Shown here in pieces: positions 60,901 through 64,000 of a DNA stretch of 64,000 bases. Origin of the DNA: Octopus bimaculoides (taxonomy: Eukaryota). The DNA lies in assembly GCF_001194135.2 (NCBI RefSeq), contig NC_068990.1, positions 85,158,416 to 85,222,415 of the forward strand, given 5' to 3'. How positions within the stretch are numbered: position 1 is the first letter of the stretch; each line of letters starts with the position of its first letter. Under the pieces are notes generated by a model. It searched no databases, was not told the DNA's origin, and saw only the letters and a program-made list of their open reading frames with translations. A program made the translations under genes and the position numbers.

Positions 60901-62862
60901 AGAAAGTTAAGTATTGTAACAATAGGCACAACACAATGCTTATAATAAGATTTGAACCTTGATCTCTTAGCTAGATTTAAATACTTTATTGACTGGTCCA
61001 GCTGAAGAATTAATATGTAAATATTCAAATTTACAGAAATAAAAGACCTTTCTACAGAAAAGATTGATATAGGCGCAGGAGTGACTGTGTGGTAAGTAGC
61101 TTGCTTACCAACCACATGGTTCCAGGTTCAGTCCCACTGCGTGGCACCTTGGACAAGTGTCTTCGATTATAGCCTCGGGCCGACCAAAGCCTTGTGAGTG
61201 GATATGGTAGACGGAAACTGAAAGAAGCCCGTCGTATATATGTATATGTATATATGTATTTGTGTATCTGTGTCTGTCCCCACAACATCGCTTGACAACC
61301 GATGCTGGTGTGTTTACGTCCCCGTAACTTAGTGGTTCGGCAAAAAAGACCGGTAGAATAAGTACTAGGCTTACATGGAATAAGTCCTGGGGTCGATTTG
61401 CTCGACTAAAGGCGGTGCTCCAGCATGGCCGCAGTCAAATGACTGAAACAAGTAAAAGAGTGAAGGGTATAAAATAATAATAGTAAATTAATATAGAAAA
61501 AACTGTTGCTGTCATGGTTGTAGGGTTCCGAAGTTTGGTTTGCAACCCCAAAGGTTTTGTGCTCAAAACTTTCATGAGTACGAGTATTTTACTGTAGGTC
61601 TGAGCTAAGCCATATCTTGTGAATAAAACTGGGAGATGGAAATTGTGCTGAAGCCTATCATATGTATGTATGCGTGTGCACATCTTAGTGTTTGAATTTG
61701 TTTCTTACTTTCTGACAACCAATGTTGTTTTGTTTATGTCTCCATAAGAAAAGGTTCCAATAGAATAAAGTATTAGAATTAAGAAAATAAGTACCAGAGT
61801 CAATTTGTTTGATTAAACCCTTCAAAGTAGTGCCCCAGCATGGCCACAATCCAGGGACTAAAACCAGTAGAATAATGACCCTTTAGCATTCAAACCAACC
61901 ATTTCCAGCCATAATATATTCTATCCATTTTATGCTCAAACTGGTCAGATCCAGCCTCTCACACCTACCCTGCAATATTCACTCTAAAAATAAATAATCT
62001 CATCATTGGAATCTTAAAGGATTACATTTGACAAAGGAATCTGAATGCCAAAAGGTTAAACCGGCCATATCCTGCCCAAATATTCCATCTGTTTTAAGCC
62101 CAAACTGGCCAGATCTGACCTCTCACACCTACTCTACAGTGTTATTCTACGAATAAACAACCACATCCTAGAAATCTCAAAGCTACGAGATAATGCATGA
62201 TTAATTCAAATAAATAAGGATTAGCTTTTAATAGGATAATCCAACTGCTAAAGGGATAAAGGGGTATACAACTTACACTGTAGTATTCACTTTCTAGCAG
62301 TTGGTTACCAATAACAACCAAACCATGATGGTCAAGATTGGACTTTCGTGGCAAATGGAAAGTCTTGTCCTGTTCACAGTCGAAGATGAATGTGACAGCA
62401 TCACCTTTCACACTGAATCCGATACGATGCCATCTGGAAGCAGAAAGAATTGGTTTATTGTGTGTTTCAAATATTTGGGACTTAATGGTATATTGTGATA
62501 ATATGATAAATGGTTATAATTATAATTATAATCAACATTATAATTATGATTATTATAATGAGAATATTACTACTAATAATGCTGCTGCAGTTGATGATAA
62601 TGGTGATGACAGAATACTTCAAAGAAATTAATCAGGAAAACCACCACTCACTCGCCATCGGTCAGATTAATCTTCAGAGTTGGATAATACTCTGGTTCTG
62701 GAGATTTCTGGGTGTCACTGTAAAGCAGTCGGATCTCAGAACCAACCTTCAGTGATAGCTGCTCCCTAGCATCATCATTGTGATAAAGAGTAAATAAATT
62801 AGCAGAGTTTCCAACATCAGCTTTGAATGTGGCTAAGATGGAAAAGTTTACTGGAAAACCTC
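347..62862 (-). CDS. COL11A1-like: Clade-B fibrillar collagen (alpha1(V)/alpha1(XI)-like), multi-exon gene span, incomplete at both ends; 51 exons visible
   Basis: Spliced minus-strand exons give TSPN motifs ([38 protein letters not shown]), a minor helix ending [10 protein letters not shown], an NC2 linker and 314 contiguous Gly-X-Y triplets. Colinear with human COL11A1/COL5A1 recalled from memory; exact paralogue not resolvable. Confidence 0.96.
718..1189 (+). mobile_element. tRNA-derived SINE family A, copy 1 (contains N gap in internal TA repeat)
   Basis: A-box TGGCTGTGTGG, B-box-like GGTTCCATCCC, ccttgggcaagtgtc core, internal (TA)n(TG)n, (aaagagt)n tail; near-identical to 33513, 52732 and 61072. 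Confidence 0.9.
1379..1510 (+). repeat. Dispersed copy of the spacer of the 298-bp tRNA-like unit at 26611-27061
   Basis: tcatgctatt..agcattatc..gtgtttgagaa..ctgtatctt.caatacatc.caacgcttctaaa..aagttgaatttaacatt aligns with about 26709-26838. Confidence 0.75.
2405..2557. repeat. (GA)n microsatellite with N gap
   Basis: Direct reading. Confidence 0.95.
3575..3840 (+). mobile_element. Degenerate RTE-clade LINE reverse-transcriptase fragment
   Basis: Frameshifted translation [57 protein letters not shown] resembles RT QFGF..STTDAIF..RQLQEK..FVDLEKAFDRV. Confidence 0.75.
4128..4190. repeat. (CA)n microsatellite
   Basis: Direct reading. Confidence 0.95.
4513..4566 (-). CDS. COL11A1-like: Collagen exon W50, 54 bp: [18 protein letters not shown]
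   Basis: AG/GTACAT, phase 0. Confidence 0.95.
5759..5812 (-). CDS. COL11A1-like: Collagen exon W49, 54 bp: [18 protein letters not shown]
   Basis: AG/GTAAGT, phase 0. Confidence 0.96.
5929..6002. repeat. (TA)n microsatellite
   Basis: Direct reading. Confidence 0.95.
6120..6470 (-). mobile_element. Degenerate RTE-clade LINE RT fragment
   Basis: [36 protein letters not shown] (decayed GVHQGSVLSP / PWELLYADD), then [19 protein letters not shown]. Confidence 0.8.
6960..7013 (-). CDS. COL11A1-like: Collagen exon W48, 54 bp: [18 protein letters not shown]
   Basis: AG/GTAAGT, phase 0. Confidence 0.96.
7190..7350 (+). mobile_element. Degenerate SINE family C copy
   Basis: aaaatgctt..gttcaaattcc..cctttcatcc..gggtcgataa matches 47771-47995. 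Confidence 0.55.
7620..8010. repeat. Highly degenerate minisatellite, unit about 40-45 bp
   Basis: Recurrent tatataatc / tatacagcagc / caccaggtga motifs. Confidence 0.45.
8100..8207 (-). CDS. COL11A1-like: Collagen exon W47, 108 bp: [36 protein letters not shown]
   Basis: AG/GTATGT, phase 0. Confidence 0.96.
8762..8815 (-). CDS. COL11A1-like: Collagen exon W46, 54 bp: [18 protein letters not shown]
   Basis: AG/GTAAAC, phase 0. Confidence 0.95.
8882..9178. mobile_element. hAT (Charlie/MER5-like) MITE, 297 bp
   Basis: Perfect 16-bp TIR CAGGGGTTTTCAAACT; perfect 8-bp TSD CTGTAGAT at 8874-8881 and 9179-9186. Confidence 0.93.
9361..9503 (+). mobile_element. Penelope-like terminal-repeat fragment abutting (TA)n
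   Basis: gagcgtaggctcgaaa..aaaagactttctc..gtaaatttcaactata; inverse homologue at 28090-28262; family assignment by resemblance only. Confidence 0.5.
10371..10424 (-). CDS. COL11A1-like: Collagen exon W45, 54 bp: [18 protein letters not shown]
   Basis: AG/GTAAGT, phase 0. Confidence 0.96.
10495..10600 (-). mobile_element. SINE/LINE-3'-end family B, 5'-truncated copy with (ATG)n tail
   Basis: (cat)n-cgtttaacgtccgctttccatgctagcatgggttggacg shared with 29410, 36247, 44369 and 46416. Confidence 0.85.
10880..11155 (+). mobile_element. Possible Helentron-associated non-autonomous element (HINE-like) 3' part
   Basis: gtttcat..tcc.gcagtt.ttgaga.atcttg..acaaacaaa..gaaaaca..atctc..ggaggtaa resembles the HINE 3' end; 5' end not found. 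Confidence 0.4.
11381..11434 (-). CDS. COL11A1-like: Collagen exon W44, 54 bp: [18 protein letters not shown]
   Basis: AG/GTAAGA, phase 0. Confidence 0.96.
11713..11820 (-). CDS. COL11A1-like: Collagen exon W43, 108 bp: [36 protein letters not shown]
   Basis: AG/GTAAGT, phase 0; visible in track ORF 11662..11928. Confidence 0.96.
12395..12730 (+). mobile_element. tRNA-derived CORE-like SINE family D
   Basis: A-box TGGCACAGTGG, decayed B-box, ttcttgagcaaaacactttatttcacattgctccagt core; reverse relatives near 31820-31978 and 41800. Confidence 0.65.
12770..13150. repeat. Degenerate AT-rich minisatellite
   Basis: Recurrent gacattt / tgacctct / aatatgttaa motifs. Confidence 0.4.
13195..13302 (-). 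CDS. COL11A1-like: Collagen exon W42, 108 bp: [36 protein letters not shown]
   Basis: AG/GTAAGT, phase 0. Confidence 0.96.
13776..14270 (+). mobile_element. Degenerate RTE-clade LINE fragment
   Basis: [36 protein letters not shown] = decayed INNLRYADDT..GL.LN.KKTK. Confidence 0.75.
14345..14450. repeat. (CA)n microsatellite
   Basis: Direct reading. Confidence 0.95.
14532..14585 (-). CDS. COL11A1-like: Collagen exon W41, 54 bp: [18 protein letters not shown]
   Basis: AG/GTAAGA, phase 0. Confidence 0.96.
15530..15637 (-). CDS. COL11A1-like: Collagen exon W40, 108 bp: [36 protein letters not shown]
   Basis: AG/GTAAAC, phase 0. Confidence 0.96.
15725..15910. repeat. Compound (ATG)n/(AAT)n microsatellite
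   Basis: Direct reading. Confidence 0.95.
15949..16500 (+). mobile_element. Mariner transposon 5' remnant with decayed transposase N-terminus
   Basis: TIR-like caggttgtcccataaataatg; from ATG 16133 frameshifted [38 protein letters not shown] (mariner HTH and WVPHEL motif). Confidence 0.8.
16614..16667 (-). CDS. COL11A1-like: Collagen exon W39, 54 bp: [18 protein letters not shown]
   Basis: AG/GTAAGT, phase 0. Confidence 0.96.
16800..17320. repeat. Degenerate AT-rich minisatellite (agaatatgatag-type units)
   Basis: Recurrent gaatatgatag / tatatga motifs. Confidence 0.6.
17330..17818. mobile_element. Tc2/pogo-like MITE, 489 bp
   Basis: TIR C(C/T)GTAAATCCTC(A/G)AGTATA, TA on both sides, subterminal gcgtattatac repeats. 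Confidence 0.88.
18284..18337 (-). CDS. COL11A1-like: Collagen exon W38, 54 bp: [18 protein letters not shown]
   Basis: AG/GTAAGT, phase 0. Confidence 0.96.
20085..20305. repeat. Degenerate minisatellite, unit about 30-37 bp (ctgataggtcttaaatg...)
   Basis: About 7 recognisable ggtcttaaat-type units. Confidence 0.7.
20324..20377 (-). CDS. COL11A1-like: Collagen exon W37, 54 bp: [18 protein letters not shown]
   Basis: AG/GTAAGT, phase 0. Confidence 0.96.
21802..21855 (-). CDS. COL11A1-like: Collagen exon W36, 54 bp: [18 protein letters not shown]
   Basis: AG/GTGAGT, phase 0; close to recalled human GLPGPAGPAGSPGEDGDK. Confidence 0.97.
21985..22335 (-). mobile_element. R4/Dong-like non-LTR retrotransposon fragment
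   Basis: [18 protein letters not shown] and [36 protein letters not shown] resemble YKYLG..TRKL.TMH..HPK.DVDRLY.PR..GGRGL. Confidence 0.75.
22991..23044 (-). CDS. COL11A1-like: Collagen exon W35, 54 bp: [18 protein letters not shown]
   Basis: AG/GTAAGT, phase 0. Confidence 0.96.
23328..23381 (-). CDS. COL11A1-like: Collagen exon W34, 54 bp: [18 protein letters not shown]
   Basis: AG/GTAAGT, phase 0. Confidence 0.96.
23780..23958 (+). mobile_element. CR1/L2-group LINE fragment, same family as 40250-41235
   Basis: [33 protein letters not shown] homologous to the 40.9-kb copy. Confidence 0.7.
24214..24267 (-). CDS. COL11A1-like: Collagen exon W33, 54 bp: [18 protein letters not shown]
   Basis: AG/GTAAGT, phase 0. 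Confidence 0.96.
24478..24593. repeat. (AAT)n with periodic GAT interruptions and a 10-N gap
   Basis: Direct reading. Confidence 0.9.
24637..24690 (-). CDS. COL11A1-like: Collagen exon W32, 54 bp: [18 protein letters not shown]
   Basis: AG/GTAAGT, phase 0. Confidence 0.96.
25233..25469. mobile_element. Tigger/pogo-like MITE, degenerate
   Basis: TA-CAGTAATCCCTCGACTAT left; atatggtgagggaatgttg-TA right; internal ataggtgaac(c/t)gc(g/a)atat repeats. Confidence 0.55.
26077..26166 (-). CDS. COL11A1-like: Collagen exon W31, 90 bp: [30 protein letters not shown]
   Basis: AG/GTAAGT, phase 0. Confidence 0.96.
26611..27061 (+). repeat. 1.5 tandem copies of a 298-bp unit containing a tRNA-like gene
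   Basis: atggtaaaac at 26611 and 26909; about 150 bp near-identical downstream. Confidence 0.9.
26894..26967 (+). tRNA. tRNA-Thr(CGT)-like gene or pseudogene; partial second copy at 26611-26669
   Basis: Acceptor GGTCAGTT/GGCTGGCC, D-arm GTTT-AATGGTA-AAAC, loop CGCGTAA (G at position 33), T-arm GTGAG-TTCGAGT-CTCAT, TTTTT 8 nt downstream; anticodon stem imperfect. Confidence 0.6.
27333..27386 (-). CDS. COL11A1-like: Collagen exon W30, 54 bp: [18 protein letters not shown]
   Basis: AG/GTAAGT, phase 0. Confidence 0.96.
28090..28262 (-). mobile_element. Penelope-like terminal-repeat fragment abutting (TA)n
   Basis: Reverse complement aligns with 9361-9503. Confidence 0.5.
28300..28365 (-). mobile_element. 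3' tail fragment of SINE family A
   Basis: Reverse complement gtcgatttgttcgactaaaggtggtgctccagcatggccacaatcaaaatgactgaaacaaa. Confidence 0.75.
28620..28904 (+). mobile_element. 5'-truncated RTE-clade LINE 3' end inside a (TATG)n tract
   Basis: [38 protein letters not shown] (RTE C-terminal CCHH-like motif), short 3' UTR ending ggacagccatcat, then (gtat)n. Confidence 0.8.
28962..29015 (-). CDS. COL11A1-like: Collagen exon W29, 54 bp: [18 protein letters not shown]
   Basis: AG/GTAAGT, phase 0. Confidence 0.96.
29410..29675 (-). mobile_element. Family B element
   Basis: Matches 36247 and 44369 copies (gctggatgcccttc..gagagtgtagtgggtgctttt). Confidence 0.85.
29841..29894 (-). CDS. COL11A1-like: Collagen exon W28, 54 bp: [18 protein letters not shown]
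   Basis: AG/GTAAGT, phase 0. Confidence 0.96.
30254..30307 (-). CDS. COL11A1-like: Collagen exon W27, 54 bp: [18 protein letters not shown]
   Basis: AG/GTAAGT, phase 0. Confidence 0.96.
31238..31390 (-). CDS. COL11A1-like: Collagen exon W26, 153 bp: [51 protein letters not shown]
   Basis: AG at 31391-31392, GTTAGT donor, 17 uninterrupted triplets. Confidence 0.94.
31480..31700. repeat. Degenerate AT-rich minisatellite (tattaaatattagattggga units)
   Basis: Direct reading; related array at 32570-32800. Confidence 0.6.
31820..31978 (-). mobile_element. Degenerate CORE-like SINE (family D relative)
   Basis: ctggagcaac..gtgtcttgctcaagg is the reverse of the 12.5-kb core. Confidence 0.5.
32570..32800. 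repeat. AT-rich minisatellite including about 2.4 near-perfect 40-bp units
   Basis: gacattaattattagattgggatgttaaatattacat(g/a)ga repeated at 32703-32795. Confidence 0.8.
33164..33208 (-). CDS. COL11A1-like: Collagen exon W25, 45 bp: [15 protein letters not shown]
   Basis: AG/GTAAGT, phase 0. Confidence 0.96.
33513..33930 (+). mobile_element. SINE family A, copy 2 (full length)
   Basis: ggcgcaggagtggctgtgtgg head, B-box GGTTCAGTCCC, tail aagagtaaaagag. Confidence 0.92.
34464..34517 (-). CDS. COL11A1-like: Collagen exon W24, 54 bp: [18 protein letters not shown]
   Basis: AG/GTAAGT, phase 0. Confidence 0.95.
35337..35390 (-). CDS. COL11A1-like: Collagen exon W23, 54 bp: [18 protein letters not shown]
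   Basis: AG/GTATGT, phase 0. Confidence 0.96.
36247..36397 (-). mobile_element. Family B element, truncated
   Basis: Near-identical to the 10495 copy over about 95 bp. Confidence 0.85.
36498..36551 (-). CDS. COL11A1-like: Collagen exon W22, 54 bp: [18 protein letters not shown]
   Basis: AG/GTGAGT, phase 0. Confidence 0.96.
36560..36638. repeat. (AAT)n microsatellite immediately upstream of the exon W22 acceptor
   Basis: Direct reading. Confidence 0.95.
37005..37112 (-). CDS. COL11A1-like: Collagen exon W21, 108 bp: [36 protein letters not shown]
   Basis: AG/GTGAGG, phase 0. Confidence 0.95.
38702..38746 (-). CDS. COL11A1-like: Collagen exon W20, 45 bp: [15 protein letters not shown]
   Basis: AG/GTAAGT, phase 0. 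Confidence 0.95.
39260..39313 (-). CDS. COL11A1-like: Collagen exon W19, 54 bp: [18 protein letters not shown]
   Basis: AG/GTAAGT, phase 0; recalled human GPPGPQGPIGYPGPRGVK. Confidence 0.96.
39679..39950. mobile_element. Foldback/MITE-like element with about 85-bp inverted arms
   Basis: 39679-39762 versus reverse complement of 39866-39950: about 10 substitutions and 1 indel; TSD not identified. Confidence 0.75.
40250..41235 (-). mobile_element. 5'-truncated CR1/L2-group LINE (YADD to 3' tail)
   Basis: YADDTK at 41209-41220, then [55 protein letters not shown]; several stops. Confidence 0.88.
41348..41392 (-). CDS. COL11A1-like: Collagen exon W18, 45 bp: [15 protein letters not shown]
   Basis: AG/GTAAGT, phase 0. 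Confidence 0.95.
41520..41681 (-). mobile_element. SINE family C copy
   Basis: Reverse complement aligns with 47771-47995. Confidence 0.65.
42482..42580 (-). CDS. COL11A1-like: Collagen exon W17, 99 bp: [33 protein letters not shown]
   Basis: AG/GTAAGT, phase 0. Confidence 0.96.
43448..43492 (-). CDS. COL11A1-like: Collagen exon W16, 5' end lost in N gap: ...[15 protein letters not shown] (probably 54 bp, to about 43501)
   Basis: GTAAGT donor and 5 triplets running into Ns 43493-43570. Confidence 0.9.
43571..43835 (+). mobile_element. SINE-like element family E, 5' end in N gap, (AAC)n tail
   Basis: GC-richer block ending accgacggagtgcc-aacaacaac; classified by tail and resemblance only. 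Confidence 0.55.
44369..44623 (-). mobile_element. Family B element
   Basis: Matches other B copies. Confidence 0.85.
44978..45022 (-). CDS. COL11A1-like: Collagen exon W15, 45 bp: [15 protein letters not shown]
   Basis: AG/GTAAGA, phase 0. Confidence 0.96.
45678..45731 (-). CDS. COL11A1-like: Collagen exon W14, 54 bp: [18 protein letters not shown]
   Basis: AG/GTAAGT, phase 0. Confidence 0.96.
46416..46473 (-). mobile_element. Family B 3'-end fragment
   Basis: gtttaacatccactttccatgctagcatgggttggacgatttgactgagg. Confidence 0.8.
46560..46604 (-). CDS. COL11A1-like: Collagen exon W13, 45 bp: [15 protein letters not shown]
   Basis: AG/GTATGT, phase 0. Confidence 0.95.
46911..46964 (-). CDS. 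COL11A1-like: Collagen exon W12, 54 bp: [18 protein letters not shown]
   Basis: AG/GTAAGT, phase 0. Confidence 0.95.
47771..47995 (+). mobile_element. tRNA-derived SINE family C
   Basis: B-box GAGTTCAAATTCC, conserved gcctttcatccttttggggtcgataaattaa.tacc block. Confidence 0.75.
48100..48240 (-). mobile_element. Degenerate SINE family C copy, inverted relative to 47771
   Basis: Reverse complement has ttcgaatcc..ggtc..gtctttcatcctttctaggg.aataaa. Confidence 0.5.
48359..48412 (-). CDS. COL11A1-like: Collagen exon W11, 54 bp: [18 protein letters not shown]
   Basis: AG/GTAAGT, phase 0. Confidence 0.96.
48821..48874 (-). CDS. COL11A1-like: Collagen exon W10, 54 bp: [18 protein letters not shown]
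   Basis: AG/GTAAGT, phase 0. Confidence 0.96.
49046..49099 (-). CDS. COL11A1-like: Collagen exon W9, 54 bp: [18 protein letters not shown]
   Basis: AG at 49100-49101, GTAAGT donor, phase 0. Confidence 0.94.
49372..49868. repeat. Diverged direct repeat, two copies of about 140-170 bp (49372-49540 and 49729-49868)
   Basis: aattaatataaacagcag..ttgctagaaataaga.ctaaat..ctctaatg.tgtagttaa..cacatga in both. Confidence 0.7.
49899..49952 (-). CDS. COL11A1-like: Collagen exon W8, 54 bp: [18 protein letters not shown] (first visible major-helix exon)
   Basis: AG/GTAAGT, phase 0. Confidence 0.95.
51592..51663 (-). CDS. COL11A1-like: Collagen exon W7, 72 bp, NC2 linker: [24 protein letters not shown]
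   Basis: AG/GTAAGT, phase 0; KGP..Q..L motif resembles COL5A1/COL11A1 SKGP..AQAQAILQQ. Confidence 0.9.
52184..52258 (-). CDS. COL11A1-like: Collagen exon W6, 75 bp, end of minor helix: [25 protein letters not shown]
   Basis: AG/GTAAGT; recalled human [25 protein letters not shown]. Confidence 0.96.
52732..53147 (+). mobile_element. SINE family A, copy 3
   Basis: Same head, core and tail as other A copies. Confidence 0.92.
54085..54147 (-). CDS. COL11A1-like: Collagen exon W5, 63 bp, minor helix: [21 protein letters not shown]
   Basis: AG/GTAAGT, phase 0, 7 triplets. Confidence 0.95.
55342..55398 (-). CDS. COL11A1-like: Probable variable-region exon W4, 57 bp: [19 protein letters not shown]
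   Basis: Strong acceptor (ttatcttttctcctttctag) and GTAAGT donor, phase 0 both ends, no stop; no homology support; alternative donor GTATAT 9 nt earlier is possible. Confidence 0.72.
56348..56512 (-). CDS. COL11A1-like: Collagen exon W3, 165 bp, end of TSPN: [55 protein letters not shown]
   Basis: AG/GTAAGT; matches recalled COL11A1 [26 protein letters not shown]. Confidence 0.94.
56557..56574 (-). promoter_or_regulatory. PBS-like 18-mer after the 3' LTR
   Basis: TGGTGACCCCCGACGTGA, complementary to the tRNA-Trp 3' end TCACGTCGGGGTCACCA with one extra C. Confidence 0.85.
56575..56989 (-). repeat. 3' LTR (415 bp) with AATAAA at 56686-56691 on the minus strand
   Basis: About 20 substitutions and one small indel versus the 5' LTR; preceded by PPT. 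Confidence 0.9.
57352..57760 (-). pseudogene. Gypsy pol remnant: RNase H C-terminus joined to the integrase C-terminal tail
   Basis: [21 protein letters not shown], then [49 protein letters not shown], in different frames. Confidence 0.85.
58890..58948 (-). promoter_or_regulatory. Two tandem tRNA-Trp PBS copies (58931-58948 and 58890-58907) after the 5' LTR
   Basis: 41-bp-period duplication of LTR end plus PBS. Confidence 0.85.
58949..60370 (-). repeat. 5' LTR interrupted by a nested solo LTR
   Basis: 58949-59062 plus 60067-60370 reconstruct the 56575-56989 sequence. Confidence 0.9.
59063..60062. mobile_element. Nested 1000-bp solo LTR of an unrelated family
   Basis: TGATGCG...CGTAACA termini; 4-bp TSD ATAG (59059-59062 and 60063-60066) proven by the empty site in the 3' LTR; no long ORF. 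Confidence 0.85.
61072..61460 (+). mobile_element. SINE family A, copy 4
   Basis: Same head, core and tail as other A copies. Confidence 0.92.
61879..62256. mobile_element. Two head-to-tail piggyBac-like MITE copies
   Basis: CCCTTTAGCATTCA ... TGAATGCCAAAAGG-TTAA; internal aaactgg.cagatc..cctctcacacctac repeated; second right end degenerate. Confidence 0.6.
62277..62433 (-). CDS. COL11A1-like: Collagen exon W2, 157 bp, TSPN: (E)[52 protein letters not shown]
   Basis: Phase-2 start joins GA of W1; GTAAGT donor; WHR..SV..V..DC TSPN motif. Confidence 0.95.
62652..62862 (-). CDS. COL11A1-like: Collagen exon W1, 211 bp, TSPN: (G)[69 protein letters not shown](E)
   Basis: ttttgcag acceptor, GTGAGT donor; FP..FSIL and P.PE.YP motifs of collagen V/XI TSPN. 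Confidence 0.95.
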
Positions 62863-63056
62863 CTGCAAAATAGAGTAACAAAGATTTTTGTTATATTACA
62901 GATAAAGATTTACATTTTACTTGCTACAGGGTTAATGTTATGTAAAAGATTGAATAAAACCCAATATATATTACTGGTACTTATTAAATTAGCCTTGAAG
63001 TGATGAAAGATAAAGTTAAGTCTGGCAAGATTTGAATGGAGAAAGGAGATATGATA

Positions 63057-63284
63057 TTGGGTTGTCTGGAAAGTTTGTGCCGATTTTTAAAGGAAAGAAA
63101 AAGGTCAATAAATACTTGCCATTACATTTTTAATCAACCAAATACGAACCATTTTGTTGCACAATGCATCTCCATCTTTCCTTCAACTTGAAAATACCCT
63201 CTTCCCAGAATTGAGGTAGTTTCATGGCAAATAAGTCGAAAGATAAGCTACTATAAATCGGCATGAACTTTCCGGTCAACCCAA
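63057..63284 (-). mobile_element. Internally deleted mariner, 228 bp
   Basis: TA-flanked TIR of about 30 bp TTGGGTTG(T/A)C(T/C)GGAAAGTT(T/C)(G/A)TGCCGATTT; interior encodes a transposase C-terminus FWEEGIFKLKERWRCIVQQNGSYLVD*. Confidence 0.88.
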
Positions 63285-63935
63285 TAGTTTAAATATGTAA
63301 TGCATCAGAACAGGTTTTCTTCTCACTCAGCAATTTTTACTGATTTATATTTGTGAAGGTGTGTAGTTTAATGGCTAGGAGTATTTGGCTCACACTCATA
63401 AGGTCTCACTAGGAATATATGTATGCGTGTATGCTTGTTTCTGTGTGTGAGTGTGCATGAGTGTATGCAAGTGTGTGTGTGTGTGTAACAAGGAAGACAT
63501 GTTCTTGTTTGTCTCCTGTCGAAGCTTGATTTACACGTTCGCCACCACAACCTCAGTTAGGCTTAGCAGCCCTTCCTGTTTGTTTTCACTGTCCTGTTTG
63601 TGTTACCTATTTTGACCCTCTGCAAAATCCCAAATTTGATTTAATTTGCATTGCAGGAGCAACTGTTTTATCGAAAGCGAATATTGTTGTTAAATGCTCG
63701 AAATACAAGACAAGAAAAACAGCCAACAACTGATGAAGGGTCTCCTTTCTGTTGTTCGTTTTGTTTTCCATTTGTGTCTTTCGTTGTTTGAAAGAATAGT
63801 TCATGTACTTGTGCTTTGTATTGTTTTTGTTGTACATGTTTCATGACATCCTGTGCCCACATATGCAAATATATATACGTACAGATGTAAGTATGTACAT
63901 ATACATATGTACATATACACATATATATATTATTT

Positions 63936-63938
<3 letters not shown>

Positions 63939-64000
<62 letters not shown>
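63939..64000. repeat. (TA)n microsatellite
   Basis: Direct reading. Confidence 0.95.

Noticed and set aside
1-64000. CRISPR arrays, rRNA, operons or defence systems
   Set aside because: Eukaryotic intron-rich locus; the regularly spaced 54-bp GC-rich units are collagen exons and the dispersed repeats are SINEs, not repeat-spacer arrays

Overview
AT-rich, microsatellite- and gap-rich eukaryotic genomic DNA. Repeat families and composition suggest an octopus; this is inference. Almost the whole window is one minus-strand gene: a clade-B fibrillar collagen (alpha1(V)/alpha1(XI)-like). I can place 51 GT-AG exons between 62862 and 347. They encode most of the TSPN/LamG-like N-propeptide, a very short variable region, the minor helix, the NC2 linker and 314 uninterrupted Gly-X-Y triplets of the major helix, in phase-0 exons of 45/54/90/99/108/153 bp. 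The translation is colinear with human COL11A1 as I recall it. The signal peptide and first exons lie beyond 64000 and the end of the helix and C-propeptide lie below position 1. One expected exon probably sits in the 501-N gap and another is cut by a 78-N gap. Introns hold several tRNA-derived SINE families, RTE, CR1/L2 and R4-like LINE fragments, mariner, Tc2/pogo, hAT and piggyBac-like MITEs, Penelope-like ends, and a deleted Trp-primed Gypsy element with a nested 1000-bp solo LTR. Best second-look items: the LTR element whose 3' LTR is followed by a PBS and ends 27 nt from a collagen acceptor; a U5 hairpin whose two copies differ by A:C versus G:C pairs; a tandem tRNA-Thr-like unit with intact Pol III signals; a LINE/SINE pair sharing a 3' tail; two candidate stop-containing alternative exons; and a DDGSGGG glycosaminoglycan-attachment motif and basic clusters in the collagen. 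No CRISPR array, rRNA or prokaryotic operon is present, and I see no clearly new multi-gene system. Most track ORFs are microsatellite or gap artefacts.
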